Assembly: GCA_963716255.1 (NCBI GenBank)
Contig: OY970303.1
Location: 4,064,001 to 4,128,000 of the forward strand
From: an uncultured Gemmatimonadales bacterium
GTDB lineage: Bacteria > Gemmatimonadota > Gemmatimonadetes > Longimicrobiales > Longimicrobiaceae
DNA: 64,000 nt
Direction of reading: 5' to 3'
The position numbers were made by a program, and so were the translations under genes. The notes beneath the pieces were generated by a model, which did not search any database, was not told the origin of the DNA, and was given only the letters and a program-made list of their open reading frames with translations. Positions within the stretch are counted from its first letter, which is position 1. Each line of letters begins with the position of its first letter. Positions 19,369 through 28,553 of this stretch are shown one piece after another.

Positions 19369-20697
19369 TCACATGGGCAGGACGAGCCGCGCCCGCACGC
19401 CCCGCGCGCCCTCCCGGTTCTCCAGCGTCAGCGTGCCCCCGTGTCCCTCGGCGATCTGGCGGCTGAGCACCAGGCCGATCCCCGTGCCGCTGGGCTTGGT
19501 GGTGAAGAAGGGGACGAACAGGTTGGAGGTTTCCGCGAGCCCCGGCCCCTCGTCGTCCACCCACACCTCCAGCCGCGCGCCCTCCTCGCGCCACCCCACC
19601 GCCACCCCGCCGCCCGTCTCCAGCGCCGCGTCCGCCGCGTTGCGCACCAGGTTGATGAGGAGCTGGTCCAGCTGGTCGCCGTCGGCGTTGATGGCGAGGT
19701 CGGGGCCGGGGATCACGCGCACCGGGAGGCGCGGCTCCAGCGTGGCGGCGCGGCGGATCCATTCGCCCACGTCCATGGGCGCGGGCTCGGGCGGGGGGAG
19801 GCGCGCCAGCCGCGCGTACGACGACATGAAGCGGGAGAGCGCCTCCGAGCGGCCGGCGATCACCGCCAGGCCGCTGCGCAGGTCGTCGTCCAGGTCGTCC
19901 GGGGGGGCGGGGGCGCCCAGGAGGTTCTGGAGCGTGCCCGCGATGGAGCGGATTGGGGCAAGCGAGTTGTTGATCTCGTGCGACAGGACGCGGATCAGCC
20001 GGCGCCACGCCTCGCGCTCCTCCTCGCGCGCCACGCGGCTCACGTCCGAGAGCACCAGCAGCTGGTGCTCCCGCCCGCCCTGGCGGAACGGGGCGCGGCG
20101 CACCTCCCAGCGCCCCGTCCCCCCGGGGAAGGCGCGGTCCAGCGTGCGCGGCGACTCCCCTTCCAGCGACGCGTCCAGCCCCACCTCGGAGGCGGTGCGC
20201 CCCAGGATGCGCTCGGCGGGCTGCCCCAGCAGCCGCTCCCCGGCGCGGTTGGCGAGCCGCACCCGCGCCGCGCCGTCGAAGGCGAACACCGCCACGTCGA
20301 TCTCGTCCATCACGCGGCGGAGCAGGGCGGTGGCCTCCAGCGCGCGCACGCGCTGCTCGCGCAGCGTGTCCGCCAGCGCGTTCGCTTCCAGGAGCGCCAG
20401 CCCCAGCGCGTCGTCCGTGCCCGAGCCACGCGCCCGCATGGAAAAGTCGCCCTCGCGCAGGGCGGCGAGCAGGTTGGAGAGCGTCTGGAGCGGACGGATG
20501 ACCTTTTCCCGCAGCGCCAGCCCGAACCCCAACCACCCCGCCGCCACGAACAGCGTCAGCGTCCAGCGGACCTTGCCGTCGTACGGCCCGTTCCAAAGCA
20601 GCAGCAGCGCGACCGCCGCGCCGGGGAGCCCGGTGAGGAAGGCCAGGCGGAGGACCTGGAGGTGGTGGCTGAGCGGTCGCCTCCGGCGGGAGGTCAC
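19369..20697 (-). CDS. Membrane sensor histidine kinase (HAMP-PAS-HisKA-HATPase, NtrY-like)
   Basis: H-box 'VLSHEINNSLAPI', N-box 'QLLINLVRNA', 'DDEGPG', 'FFTTKPSGTGIGL'. Confidence 0.92.
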   Translation of the reverse strand: MTSRRRRPLSHHLQVLRLAFLTGLPGAAVALLLLWNGPYDGKVRWTLTLFVAAGWLGFGLALREKVIRPLQTLSNLLAALREGDFSMRARGSGTDDALGLALLEANALADTLREQRVRALEATALLRRVMDEIDVAVFAFDGAARVRLANRAGERLLGQPAERILGRTASEVGLDASLEGESPRTLDRAFPGGTGRWEVRRAPFRQGGREHQLLVLSDVSRVAREEEREAWRRLIRVLSHEINNSLAPIRSIAGTLQNLLGAPAPPDDLDDDLRSGLAVIAGRSEALSRFMSSYARLARLPPPEPAPMDVGEWIRRAATLEPRLPVRVIPGPDLAINADGDQLDQLLINLVRNAADAALETGGGVAVGWREEGARLEVWVDDEGPGLAETSNLFVPFFTTKPSGTGIGLVLSRQIAEGHGGTLTLENREGARGVRARLVLPM

Positions 20698-20700
20698 GAG

Positions 20701-20918
20701 AGGGAACAGGGTTCATCCGGTGCACGCGCAGCGCGCAGCGCCACAGGGAACAGGGAACAGCCTGCAACTGCGGACCCCCTCCCCCGGACACGGCGGCCCT
20801 CACCCGGCGGCCTTAGAGCCGCCACCCTCTCCCAATTCTGGGAGAGGGGATGAACTGCGGGAGCCTGATGAAGTTCCCCCCTCTCCCGCTTGCGGAGGAG
20901 GGGGCTGGGGGGAGGGGG
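20701..20918. repeat. Cluster of GGGAACA-heptamer motif (family C) and CCCTC...CTCTCCC/GGGAGAGGG REP-like palindromes (family B)
   Basis: AGGGAACAGGGAACAGCCTGCAAC 20745-20768; CCCTCACCCGG...CCCTCTCCC-aattct-GGGAGAGGG 20797-20849; CCCCTCTCCCGCTTGCGGAGGAGGGGG 20876-20918. Confidence 0.85.
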
Positions 20919-20920
20919 CC

Positions 20921-21049
20921 CGCGTGAGGGATTTCGGCCCGGAGGGGCGAGACCCGGCGGCCGTTTGCCGGGGCTCGACTCCGTTGGGCTGCGTTGTTTG
21001 CAGCCCTACGGAGCCGAAGCCCGACCCCGGCGCAGCCGGGGTCACGCCC
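20921..21049 (-). repeat. Structured dispersed repeat family A, copy 3
   Basis: Reverse-complement copy; variable stem GGGCTGC-AAACAAC-GCAGCCC; 26 nt after the NtrC stop. Confidence 0.95.
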
Positions 21050-21075
21050 AAAACAGCGGCTCAGCCGTAAAAACC

Positions 21076-22458
21076 TCACAGCCCGTGGCGCTGCAAACGA
21101 CGGTAGAGCGCGCTCCGGCTCAGCCCCAGCGCCTCCGCCGCGTGGCTGACGTTGCCGTTGTGGCGCTCCAGCGCCTTGCGGATCAGCACCCGCTCCACCT
21201 CCTCCAGCGGCATCTCCTCCAGCGTCCCCGCGCCGCCGCCCGCCGCCGTCCGGCGCCCGCGCAGCGTCAGGTCCTCCGTGGCGATGAGGGTGCCCTGGGC
21301 CAGCAGCACCGCGCGCTCGATGGTGTGCTCCAGCTCGCGCACGTTCCCGGGCCAGGCGTAGGCCAGCAGCGCCTGCATGGCCTCCGGCTCGAAGCCGGTG
21401 AGGTGCTTGCGGTACGCGTCCGCCTGGCGGTGGAGGAAGAAGGTGGCCAGCAGGGGAATGTCCTCGCGCCGCTCGCGCAGGGCGGGGATGTGGATCTCCA
21501 CCGTGTTGAGGCGGAAGAGCAGGTCCTCGCGGAAGCGTCCCTCGGCCACCGCCTGGGGGAGGTCGGTGTTGGTGGCCGAGAGCACGCGCACGTCCACCTT
21601 GCGCGTGCGGGAGGTGCCCACGCGCTGGAACTCGCCCGTCTGGAGGACGCGCAGCAGCTTGGCCTGCTGCTCCGGCGGCATGGTGCCGATCTCGTCCAGG
21701 AAGAGCGTGCCGCCGTCCGCGAGCTCGAAGGCGCCCACGCGGTCGGCGCGGGCGTCGGTGAAGGCGCCCTTGACGTGCCCGAACAGCTCGCTCTCGAAGA
21801 TCCCCTCGGCGATGGCGCCGGCGTTGACGGTCACCAGGGGGCGCGGGGCGCGGCCGGAGACGGCGTGCAGCCAGCGGGCCACCACGTCCTTGCCGGTGCC
21901 GTGCTCGCCGGTGATGAGCACGTGCGCGTCCGACGGGCCGATGCGCTCCATCATGCGGAGCACCGGCTGCATGGCGCGCGACTCGGCGATCATGGCGGGG
22001 CGGCCGTCGCTGCGCAGCCGCGAGTTCTCCTGCTCCAGCCGCTGCGTGCGCCGCAGCGCGCGCCCCAGCTCCACCTGCGAGCGGAGCGTCGCCAGCAGCC
22101 GGGCGTTGTCCCAGGGCTTCTCCACGTAGTCGCGGGCGCCGCGGCGCATGGCCTCCACCGCGCCCTCCACGCTCCCCCACGCCGTCATCACCACCACCGG
22201 CAGGGTGGGGTCCAGCCCCAGCACCTCGCCGATCAGGTCCAGCCCCTCGCGGCCGGAGGTGGTGTCGCGGGCGTAGTTGAGGTCCATGAGCACCACGTCC
22301 AGCTCGCGGTCGCGCACGGCGGCCAGGATGCCCACGGGCGACGCGGCCGTCTCGATCCTGAAGCCCTCGCCCTTGAGCAGGAGGCGGAGGGCTTCCAGGA
22401 CGTCCGGCTGGTCGTCCGCGACGAGGATGCGCGGCGGGTCTGCGGTCAGGGGGTGCAT
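21076..22458 (-). CDS. Sigma-54-dependent response regulator (NtrC family: REC-AAA+-Fis HTH)
   Basis: REC 'ILVADD...LMDL'; Walker A 'GEHGTGKD'; 'ESELFGHVKGAFTDA'; 'LFLDEI'; 'WPGNVREL'; C-terminal HTH. Confidence 0.95.
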   Translation of the reverse strand: MHPLTADPPRILVADDQPDVLEALRLLLKGEGFRIETAASPVGILAAVRDRELDVVLMDLNYARDTTSGREGLDLIGEVLGLDPTLPVVVMTAWGSVEGAVEAMRRGARDYVEKPWDNARLLATLRSQVELGRALRRTQRLEQENSRLRSDGRPAMIAESRAMQPVLRMMERIGPSDAHVLITGEHGTGKDVVARWLHAVSGRAPRPLVTVNAGAIAEGIFESELFGHVKGAFTDARADRVGAFELADGGTLFLDEIGTMPPEQQAKLLRVLQTGEFQRVGTSRTRKVDVRVLSATNTDLPQAVAEGRFREDLLFRLNTVEIHIPALRERREDIPLLATFFLHRQADAYRKHLTGFEPEAMQALLAYAWPGNVRELEHTIERAVLLAQGTLIATEDLTLRGRRTAAGGGAGTLEEMPLEEVERVLIRKALERHNGNVSHAAEALGLSRSALYRRLQRHGL

Positions 22459-22532
22459 GGCGTCAGGATGGGGCGGTCGGGCGCGATGTGCAACGGGCGA
22501 CGGGTTCCGTAACGGCTGCTAAAGGCGGGTTC

Positions 22533-22662
22533 GGGCGTGCCCCCGGCTGGCGCCGGGGTCGGGCTTCGGCTCCGTAGAGCAGCAAACAACGCTGCTCAAC
22601 GGAGTCGAGCCCCGGCAAACCGCCGCCGGGTCTCGCCCCTTCGGGCCGAAATCCCTCACGCG
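22533..22662 (+). repeat. Structured dispersed repeat family A, copy 4
   Basis: Variable stem GAGCAGC-AAACAAC-GCTGCTC. Confidence 0.95.
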
Positions 22663-22670
22663 ACGGCAGG

Positions 22671-22830
22671 CCCCCTCCCCCCGGCCCCCTCCCCCGCAAG
22701 CGGGAGAGGGGGAGCACTCCACAGCGGCCCTGCGGTGTGTAGCGTGCTTCGTACTCCAGTGACGCTGTACGCTGCGCGTGCACCGGTTGAAGCCGTTGCA
22801 GGCTGTTCCCTGTTCCCTGTTCCCTGCTGT
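22671..22830. repeat. REP-like family B palindrome plus family C heptamer motif (minus strand)
   Basis: CCCCCTCCCCCCGGCCCCCTCCCCCGCAAGCGGGAGAGGGGGAG 22671-22714; GTTGCAGGCTGTTCCCTGTTCCCTGTTCCCT 22795-22825. Confidence 0.85.
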
Positions 22831-23580
22831 TCACTCGTCCACCACCCAGCCGTCGCGCAGCTGCACGACGCGGTTGCCGTACTCGGCGTTGGTCTCCGAG
22901 TGCGTCACCTGGATGATGGTGGTGCCGGCGGCGTTGAGCGCGCGGAACAGCTCCATGATCTCGCGGCCCTGCGAGGAGTGCAGGTTGCCGGTGGGCTCGT
23001 CGGCGAGGATCACGCGCGGGCCGGCGATGGTGGCGCGGGCGATGCCCACCAGCTGCTGCTGGCCGCCGGAGAGCTGGCCCGGGTACAGGTCCTTCTTGCC
23101 CACGATGCCGAAGCGGTCCAGCGCGTCGGCGACCATGGCCTGCCGCTCGCGCCGGGGCACGTCGCGGTACGACAGGGGGATGTCCAGGTTCTCCTGCACG
23201 GTCAGGTTGTCGAGCAGGTGGTACTGCTGGAAGACGAAGCCGATGTTGGGCTTGCCGAGCGCCGCCCGCTCCTTGACGCTCATCCGGTGCACGGGCCTGC
23301 CCAGGAAGTGGAACTCGCCGGTCCACTCCCCGTCGAACATCCCCAGGATGGAGAGCAGGGTGCTCTTGCCGGCGCCGGAGGGGCCCATGATGGAGATGAA
23401 CTCGCCGGGCTGCACCTCCAGGCTCACGTGCCGCAGCACGTAGGAGCGCCCCGTGCCGGCCGGGTACGACTTCTCCAGGTCCACCAGGCGGATCAGCGGC
23501 CCGCCGGGCTCGGGGCCGGGGCGGGCCGCCGGCTCGGGGGCGCGGAAGGGGCGAAAGGACGAGAACAGGCCGGAGGACAT
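22831..23580 (-). CDS. ABC transporter ATP-binding protein (LolD/MacB-type)
   Basis: Walker A 'GPSGAGKS', 'GFVFQQYHL', 'LSGGQQQ', 'ILADEPTGNL', 'VTH'; AGGAG RBS. Confidence 0.93.
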   Translation of the reverse strand: MSSGLFSSFRPFRAPEPAARPGPEPGGPLIRLVDLEKSYPAGTGRSYVLRHVSLEVQPGEFISIMGPSGAGKSTLLSILGMFDGEWTGEFHFLGRPVHRMSVKERAALGKPNIGFVFQQYHLLDNLTVQENLDIPLSYRDVPRRERQAMVADALDRFGIVGKKDLYPGQLSGGQQQLVGIARATIAGPRVILADEPTGNLHSSQGREIMELFRALNAAGTTIIQVTHSETNAEYGNRVVQLRDGWVVDE

Positions 23581-23789
23581 CGGGCTCTCCTGGGTCGGTG
23601 CGCGGTGTGGCGCCCGCGTGCGCCCGGCGGGCGCGGCGCGGCGGGGGAGCACAGGGAAAGAGGCGTGCCCCGGAACGATAAACTCAACCTCTTGCCAGGC
23701 AAAGGGTTGAGTTTCGCGCCAGGGGCGCGCTTGTGCGGATGCGGGACTCGCCGTCCCGGAAGCGGACACTTTGCGGGCGCGCGCCGCCC

Positions 23790-25469
23790 CTACTCGCGCA
23801 CGTCCGCGCTTCCCACCGCGCCGGCCACCACGCGGTCGCGCCCCTCGCTCTTGGCCCGGTAGAGCGCGCCGTCGGCGGCGTCCAGCAGCCCGTCCGCGTC
23901 CGCCAGGTCGTCACCCACGGCGATGCCGGCGCTGGCGGTGACGTGCACCGGGCCCGCGGCGCTGGGCAGGGCGAGCGCCGCCAGGTGGTCGCGAAAGCGC
24001 TCCGCGAAGGCCGTCGCGCCCTCCAGCCCCGTGTCGGGGAGGAGCACGCCGAACTCCTCGCCGCCCAGGCGGGCGGGGAGGTCCAGGTTGCGGGCGGAGT
24101 GGCGCAGGATGCGGCCCACCCGCTCCAGCACCGCGTCGCCCATGCGGTGCCCGTGCGTGTCGTTGATCCGCTTGAAGTGGTCCAGGTCGATCATCACCAC
24201 CGCCATGGAGCCGCCGGAGCGGCGCAGCCGCGCGGCCTCGCGACGCAGCGCCTCCTCGAACACGTGGCGGCGCGACAGCCCGGTCAGCGGGTCGGTGAGC
24301 GCGTTGACCTCGGCCAGCGCCCAGCGCCCCGCCGTCTCCACCCCCACCGCCACCGCGAAGGCCAGGAAGCCGATCCAGAAGAGGCCGCCCACCCCGGGAA
24401 GCACGCCGGCGGCGGGGAGCAACCCGTACTCGGTCCCCAGGTCCCAGATGACTCCGGTGGCGAAGGCCGCCGTCCCGGCCAGCAGCGTGCGCGCGTGCGG
24501 GTTGCGCATGGACCCGGCGACCACGGCGCGCGCCACGATCGCCAGCAGCCCCGCGAACACGCCCAGGTTGATGAAGTCGTGGAAGCGCGCCAGCAGCTGC
24601 AGGGGAAGGAGCGCCGCCACCGGGATGCTGGCGGCGAAGAACGCCCCCGCCCAGAGGCCCCGGCGCCCGGCCCGCAGCCCGAAGAGGCGGTCGGTGAGGG
24701 CGATGAAGACGGGGCTCGCCGCCAGCGAGGCGATCAGCCCCAGCCGGTACGGGTTGATCCAGGGGATCACCACTCCCTCGAAGGCCGGCGAGAAGGTGGC
24801 TCCGTACAGCGCGACGAGGGCGCAGAGCGCTGCGAAGTACAGGTTCTCCCGCGCGCTGCGCCGCCGCAGGAAGAACACCAGGTGGTACACGCCGATGGCC
24901 AGGAAGAAGGAGACCAGCCCCCCGATCACCGTCTCGCGCGGCGGGGCCTGCGCCACCAGCACGTCGTAGCGCCCCACCCGTGCGCCCCCCATCATCCCGC
25001 CGTACGCGTAGGCGTTGTACACCCGCACCGCCACCTCGTGGGGGCGCCCGGGGCGGGCCTCCAGCGCCTCCGCCGGGACCACGAACAGGGCGGGGTGGAT
25101 CCCCTCGACGAAGCGCGGCGGAAAGGCGCCGCGCCCGCCCAGGCGCACGCCGTTCCAGTAGACCTCGTAGGCGTCGCCCACCGTGCCCAGCTGCAGTCCC
25201 AGGGGCCCGCGCGCCAGGGCGGGAGGAAGGACGACTTCGCGCCGGTACCACCCCCAGCCGTCGTGGTCGGGGGCCAGGACCTCCCACTCGGAGGGGATGC
25301 GCGCCGTCGCCCAGCCGCGGTCGTCCAGGCCGGGAGCCGCCCACGCCGGGTCGTCGCCCGTGCGGAAGTGCCACTCGCCGTTCAGGGTGAGCGGCGGCGG
25401 GGCGGGGTCTGCGGCGGGGAGCGGGGGGGCGGCCAGAAGGGCCAGGCCGGCGAAGATCCAGGCGAACAA
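23790..25469 (-). CDS. Diguanylate cyclase with extracellular carbohydrate-binding (GH2-N-like) domain and 7TM-DISM-like membrane region
   Basis: Signal peptide; 'LNGEWHFRTGDD', 'GWGWYRREV', 'YEVYWNGV'; several TM helices; 'TDPLTGL', 'DLDHFKRINDTHGH', 'GGEEF'. Confidence 0.9.
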   Translation of the reverse strand: MFAWIFAGLALLAAPPLPAADPAPPPLTLNGEWHFRTGDDPAWAAPGLDDRGWATARIPSEWEVLAPDHDGWGWYRREVVLPPALARGPLGLQLGTVGDAYEVYWNGVRLGGRGAFPPRFVEGIHPALFVVPAEALEARPGRPHEVAVRVYNAYAYGGMMGGARVGRYDVLVAQAPPRETVIGGLVSFFLAIGVYHLVFFLRRRSARENLYFAALCALVALYGATFSPAFEGVVIPWINPYRLGLIASLAASPVFIALTDRLFGLRAGRRGLWAGAFFAASIPVAALLPLQLLARFHDFINLGVFAGLLAIVARAVVAGSMRNPHARTLLAGTAAFATGVIWDLGTEYGLLPAAGVLPGVGGLFWIGFLAFAVAVGVETAGRWALAEVNALTDPLTGLSRRHVFEEALRREAARLRRSGGSMAVVMIDLDHFKRINDTHGHRMGDAVLERVGRILRHSARNLDLPARLGGEEFGVLLPDTGLEGATAFAERFRDHLAALALPSAAGPVHVTASAGIAVGDDLADADGLLDAADGALYRAKSEGRDRVVAGAVGSADVRE

Positions 25470-25657
25470 GGGTCACCGCGAAGGAGTGAGAGGACTACGT
25501 GCAGGATAAAACACGACTGAATGTGGGTCAAGGATCTTCCCCCGCACCGGGAACGCTCCTTGCGCGGAACCACTTGCGCGCGCTTGCCGCGGCCCGGGGG
25601 CGGCGCTACGTTCCGCCCTCCAGTGGCAGGACAACCGTTTGGAGGAGGAAGACCCGC

Positions 25658-26383
25658 ATGGAGATCACCCCGCTCGGCGACCGCTCCGGGGCGCTCGCCG
25701 CGTTCGGGATCCAGTCCGGCCCGCAGGCCGGCAAGGAGGTCCCCGTCCGGCTCCCCGTGGTCCGCATCGGGCGGGCGGCGGGGAACGACGTCGTGATCCC
25801 CGACGACTCGGTGTCCGCGACCCACGCGCGCCTGGAGTTCGACCAGGGCGCCTGGCGCCTCACCGACCTGGAGTCCACCAACGGCACCTACGTGGAGGGA
25901 GTCCGCCTGGCCCCGCAGGTGCCCACGCCGCTGGGATACGGGTCGTCGGTGCGCTTCGGCGGGATCCCGCTGCACTTCCGCGCCGTGGAGACCGCGGACC
26001 CCGCCGCGGCGCGCGCGGAGTACGTGGAGCCCGAGCGCGCCCCCGGGATCCGCGAGGCCGGCAGCGGCGGGCGCCGCATCCCGGTGTGGCTGGTGCTCCT
26101 CCTGCTGGTGCTCCTGGCGGTGGCCGTGGTGCTCTTCACCACCTTCAACCCCGGCGAGGAGCCGCCCTCCGCGCCGCCGGCCCCCACCGAGCAGCCGGCT
26201 CCCGCCGCCGGTGCGGCGCCCGCGGCCGTGCCCGCCCCGACGCTCCCCGCGCCCGTGCTCGGCGCGCCGGGGACGACTCCGCAGGAGGGCGCTCCCGTTC
26301 TGCCGGACTCCGAGGTGGTGGATCCTCTGCCGCCGCAGTCGGCGGACTCCGGGGCGGCCGCGCCGGGGACCGCGGCGCCGTGA
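25658..26383 (+). CDS. FHA-domain membrane protein
   Basis: 'IGRAAGNDVVI.DDSVS..HA', 'DLESTNGTYV'; one TM helix; GGAGGAGG RBS. Confidence 0.9.
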   Translation: MEITPLGDRSGALAAFGIQSGPQAGKEVPVRLPVVRIGRAAGNDVVIPDDSVSATHARLEFDQGAWRLTDLESTNGTYVEGVRLAPQVPTPLGYGSSVRFGGIPLHFRAVETADPAAARAEYVEPERAPGIREAGSGGRRIPVWLVLLLLVLLAVAVVLFTTFNPGEEPPSAPPAPTEQPAPAAGAAPAAVPAPTLPAPVLGAPGTTPQEGAPVLPDSEVVDPLPPQSADSGAAAPGTAAP

Positions 26384-27135
26384 CCATCCGCTGGGAGGCG
26401 GCCGGCGCCACCGACGTCGGCCGGGTGCGCCGCGGCAACGAGGACGCGTTCCTGATGGACCCGGAGCGCGGCATCTTCCTGGTGGCGGACGGGATGGGCG
26501 GCCACGCGGCGGGGGAGGTGGCCAGCGCCATCGCCCGCGAGGTGGTGGGCTCCGCGCTGGCGCGCGAGCTGGACGCCGGGGTGCGCGGCGAGGAGCTGGA
26601 GCGGATGATGGACGCCTCCATCCGCGCGGCGCACGCCGCGATCCTGGCCTATGCCGCCCGCCGCCCCGCCGCGCGCGGCCTGGGGACCACGCTCACCACC
26701 TGCGTGGTGCACGAGGACGGAGTGGTCCGCATCGGCCACGTGGGCGACTCGCGCCTGTACCTGCTGCGCGACGGCGCCCTGTCGCAGCTCACCCGCGACC
26801 ACACCTGGGTGCAGGGCGAGGTGGACGCCGGCCGCCTCACCCCCGCCGCCGCCCGCACGCACGCCCTGTCGCACATCATCACCCGCGCGCTGGGCGCCGA
26901 TTCCACCGACGTCCCGGACCTGATCGCCGGCACCGTGCTCCCCGGCGACCTGCTGCTCCTCTGCACGGACGGCCTCACCGGCAAGGTGGACGACCCCACC
27001 CTCGCCGAGGTCCTCGCCGCCCCGCACCCGCTCCCCCGCCGCGTGGACGAGCTCCTCCGCGCCGCCAACGCCCGCGGCGGCGACGACAACATCACCGCCG
27101 TGGCGGTGGAGGTGACGGCTGGGGACAGGGAATAG
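26380..27135 (+). CDS. PP2C/PPM-family Ser/Thr protein phosphatase
   Basis: 'TDVGRVRRGNED', 'VADGMGGHAAGEVAS', 'HVGDSR', 'LLCTDGL', 'GGDDNIT'; GTGA overlap with the FHA gene. Confidence 0.93.
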   Translation: MTIRWEAAGATDVGRVRRGNEDAFLMDPERGIFLVADGMGGHAAGEVASAIAREVVGSALARELDAGVRGEELERMMDASIRAAHAAILAYAARRPAARGLGTTLTTCVVHEDGVVRIGHVGDSRLYLLRDGALSQLTRDHTWVQGEVDAGRLTPAAARTHALSHIITRALGADSTDVPDLIAGTVLPGDLLLLCTDGLTGKVDDPTLAEVLAAPHPLPRRVDELLRAANARGGDDNITAVAVEVTAGDRE

Positions 27136-27225
27136 GGAACAGCCCGCAACGGCCACGACGGCCCTCACCCGGCTCGCTCAGGCTCGCACGGCTTTCCCCT
27201 TATATCCCCCAATCCTGGGAGAGGG
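27122..27225. repeat. Family C heptamer motif plus degenerate family B REP-like palindrome
   Basis: GGGACAGGGAATAGGGAACAGCCCGCAAC overlapping the PP2C stop; CCCTCACCCGG...CCCAATCCTGGGAGAGGG. Confidence 0.7.
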
Positions 27226-27398
27226 TTTTTTGTCGTCCGCAGTTCCTGTCGTACCCCCCAAAAGCTGTACGGCGGGAGACTCGCCGGCGGTTTGGCGAGG
27301 CTCCCGCCGGCGAGGTGAGACCCGGGCTGTTTCCGGGGCTCGCCGAGCCCGCGCAGGAGACGGACGGCAGTATCGTCCGGCTCCGGAGCGGCCCGCCC

Positions 27399-28553
27399 TT
27401 ACGCACCGACGATCTCGCCTACGGGAAGCTGTACACTGAAAACGGTGCCCTGGACGTCGCTGCGGACGGTGATGTCGCCGCCGTGGTCGCGCACGATGCG
27501 GCGGGAGACGGCGAGCCCCAGGCCGGTGCCCTCGTCCTTGGACTTGGTGGTGAAGAACGGGTCGAAGATGCGGGGGAGCACCTCGGGCGGGATCGGCGGG
27601 GCGTCGTTGAAGAAGTCCACGTGCAGGGTGCCCGGGCCCGTCCCGTTCGCCACCTCGCGCACGGTGATGCGGAGCGCGCCGCCGCCGCGCTGCCGGAGCG
27701 CGTGCTCGGCGTTCAGCACGATGTTCAGGAACACCTGCTGGAGCTGGCTGGCGTCGGCGAGGAGCGGAGGGACGGTGCGGGGGGCGCGGAGCGCGAGGCG
27801 CACCCCGGAGGCGCGCAGCTCCCGGTCGCGGAGCTCCAGGATCTCGCGCAGGGCGGCGGCGAGGTCCACCGGGTGGCGCTCGGGCTCGCTGCGGCGCGCG
27901 AAGCCCAGCAGGCTCTTCACGATGCCGCGGCAGCGCTCCACCTCGCGGAGGATGCGCTGCAGGTCCTCGGCGCGCTCGGGCTCGGGCTCGCCGCGCAGCA
28001 GGAGCTGGGCGTAGCCGCTGATGCTGGCCAGCGGGTTGTTGAGGTCGTGCGCCACGCCGCTGGCCAGCAGCCCCAGCGAGGACAGCTTGTCGCTCTCGCG
28101 CAGCTGCTCCTCCATGCGGCGCCGCTCCTCGGCAAGGCGGCGGGTGCGGATCTGCGCGGTGATGCGGGCGCGCAGCTCGGCGCCACGGAAGGGCTTCGCG
28201 ATGTAGTCGCTGGCGCCTGCGTCGAAGGCGGCGTAGATGCTTTCCGCGTCGGTCTTGGCGGTGACCATCAGGATGGGGAGCGCGTAGGCGTCCCAGCGCT
28301 GCCGCACCCGGTGGCACACCTCCAGCCCGGACATCCCGGGGAGCATCCAGTCCAGCAGCAGCACCTCGGGGAGCTCTTCCTCGTCCAGCAGCCGCAGCGC
28401 AGTGGGCCCGTCCGGCGCCAGCGCGACGTCGTAGCCGGCGCGCTGCAGCATCACGCGCAGCATGGCGGCGGAGGCGGGGTCGTCCTCGGCGATCAGGACG
28501 CGGGGGGGAAGCCCGCCCGGGGCGATCGCGGCGTCGGGGAAGGCTTCGCTCAC
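27399..28553 (-). CDS. Hybrid response regulator / histidine kinase (REC-HisKA-HATPase)
   Basis: 'VLIAEDD','LLDWMLPG','GVAHDLNNPL','QVFLNIVLNA','FFTTK..GTGLGL'. Confidence 0.92.
   Translation of the reverse strand: MSEAFPDAAIAPGGLPPRVLIAEDDPASAAMLRVMLQRAGYDVALAPDGPTALRLLDEEELPEVLLLDWMLPGMSGLEVCHRVRQRWDAYALPILMVTAKTDAESIYAAFDAGASDYIAKPFRGAELRARITAQIRTRRLAEERRRMEEQLRESDKLSSLGLLASGVAHDLNNPLASISGYAQLLLRGEPEPERAEDLQRILREVERCRGIVKSLLGFARRSEPERHPVDLAAALREILELRDRELRASGVRLALRAPRTVPPLLADASQLQQVFLNIVLNAEHALRQRGGGALRITVREVANGTGPGTLHVDFFNDAPPIPPEVLPRIFDPFFTTKSKDEGTGLGLAVSRRIVRDHGGDITVRSDVQGTVFSVQLPVGEIVGA

Noticed and set aside
20800..21051. Recurrent short ORFs with 'VRDFGPKGRDP', 'EPKPDPGA' or 'YGAEARPRR' peptides
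   Set aside because: Translations of the family A repeat in various frames with no consistent start, stop or frame.
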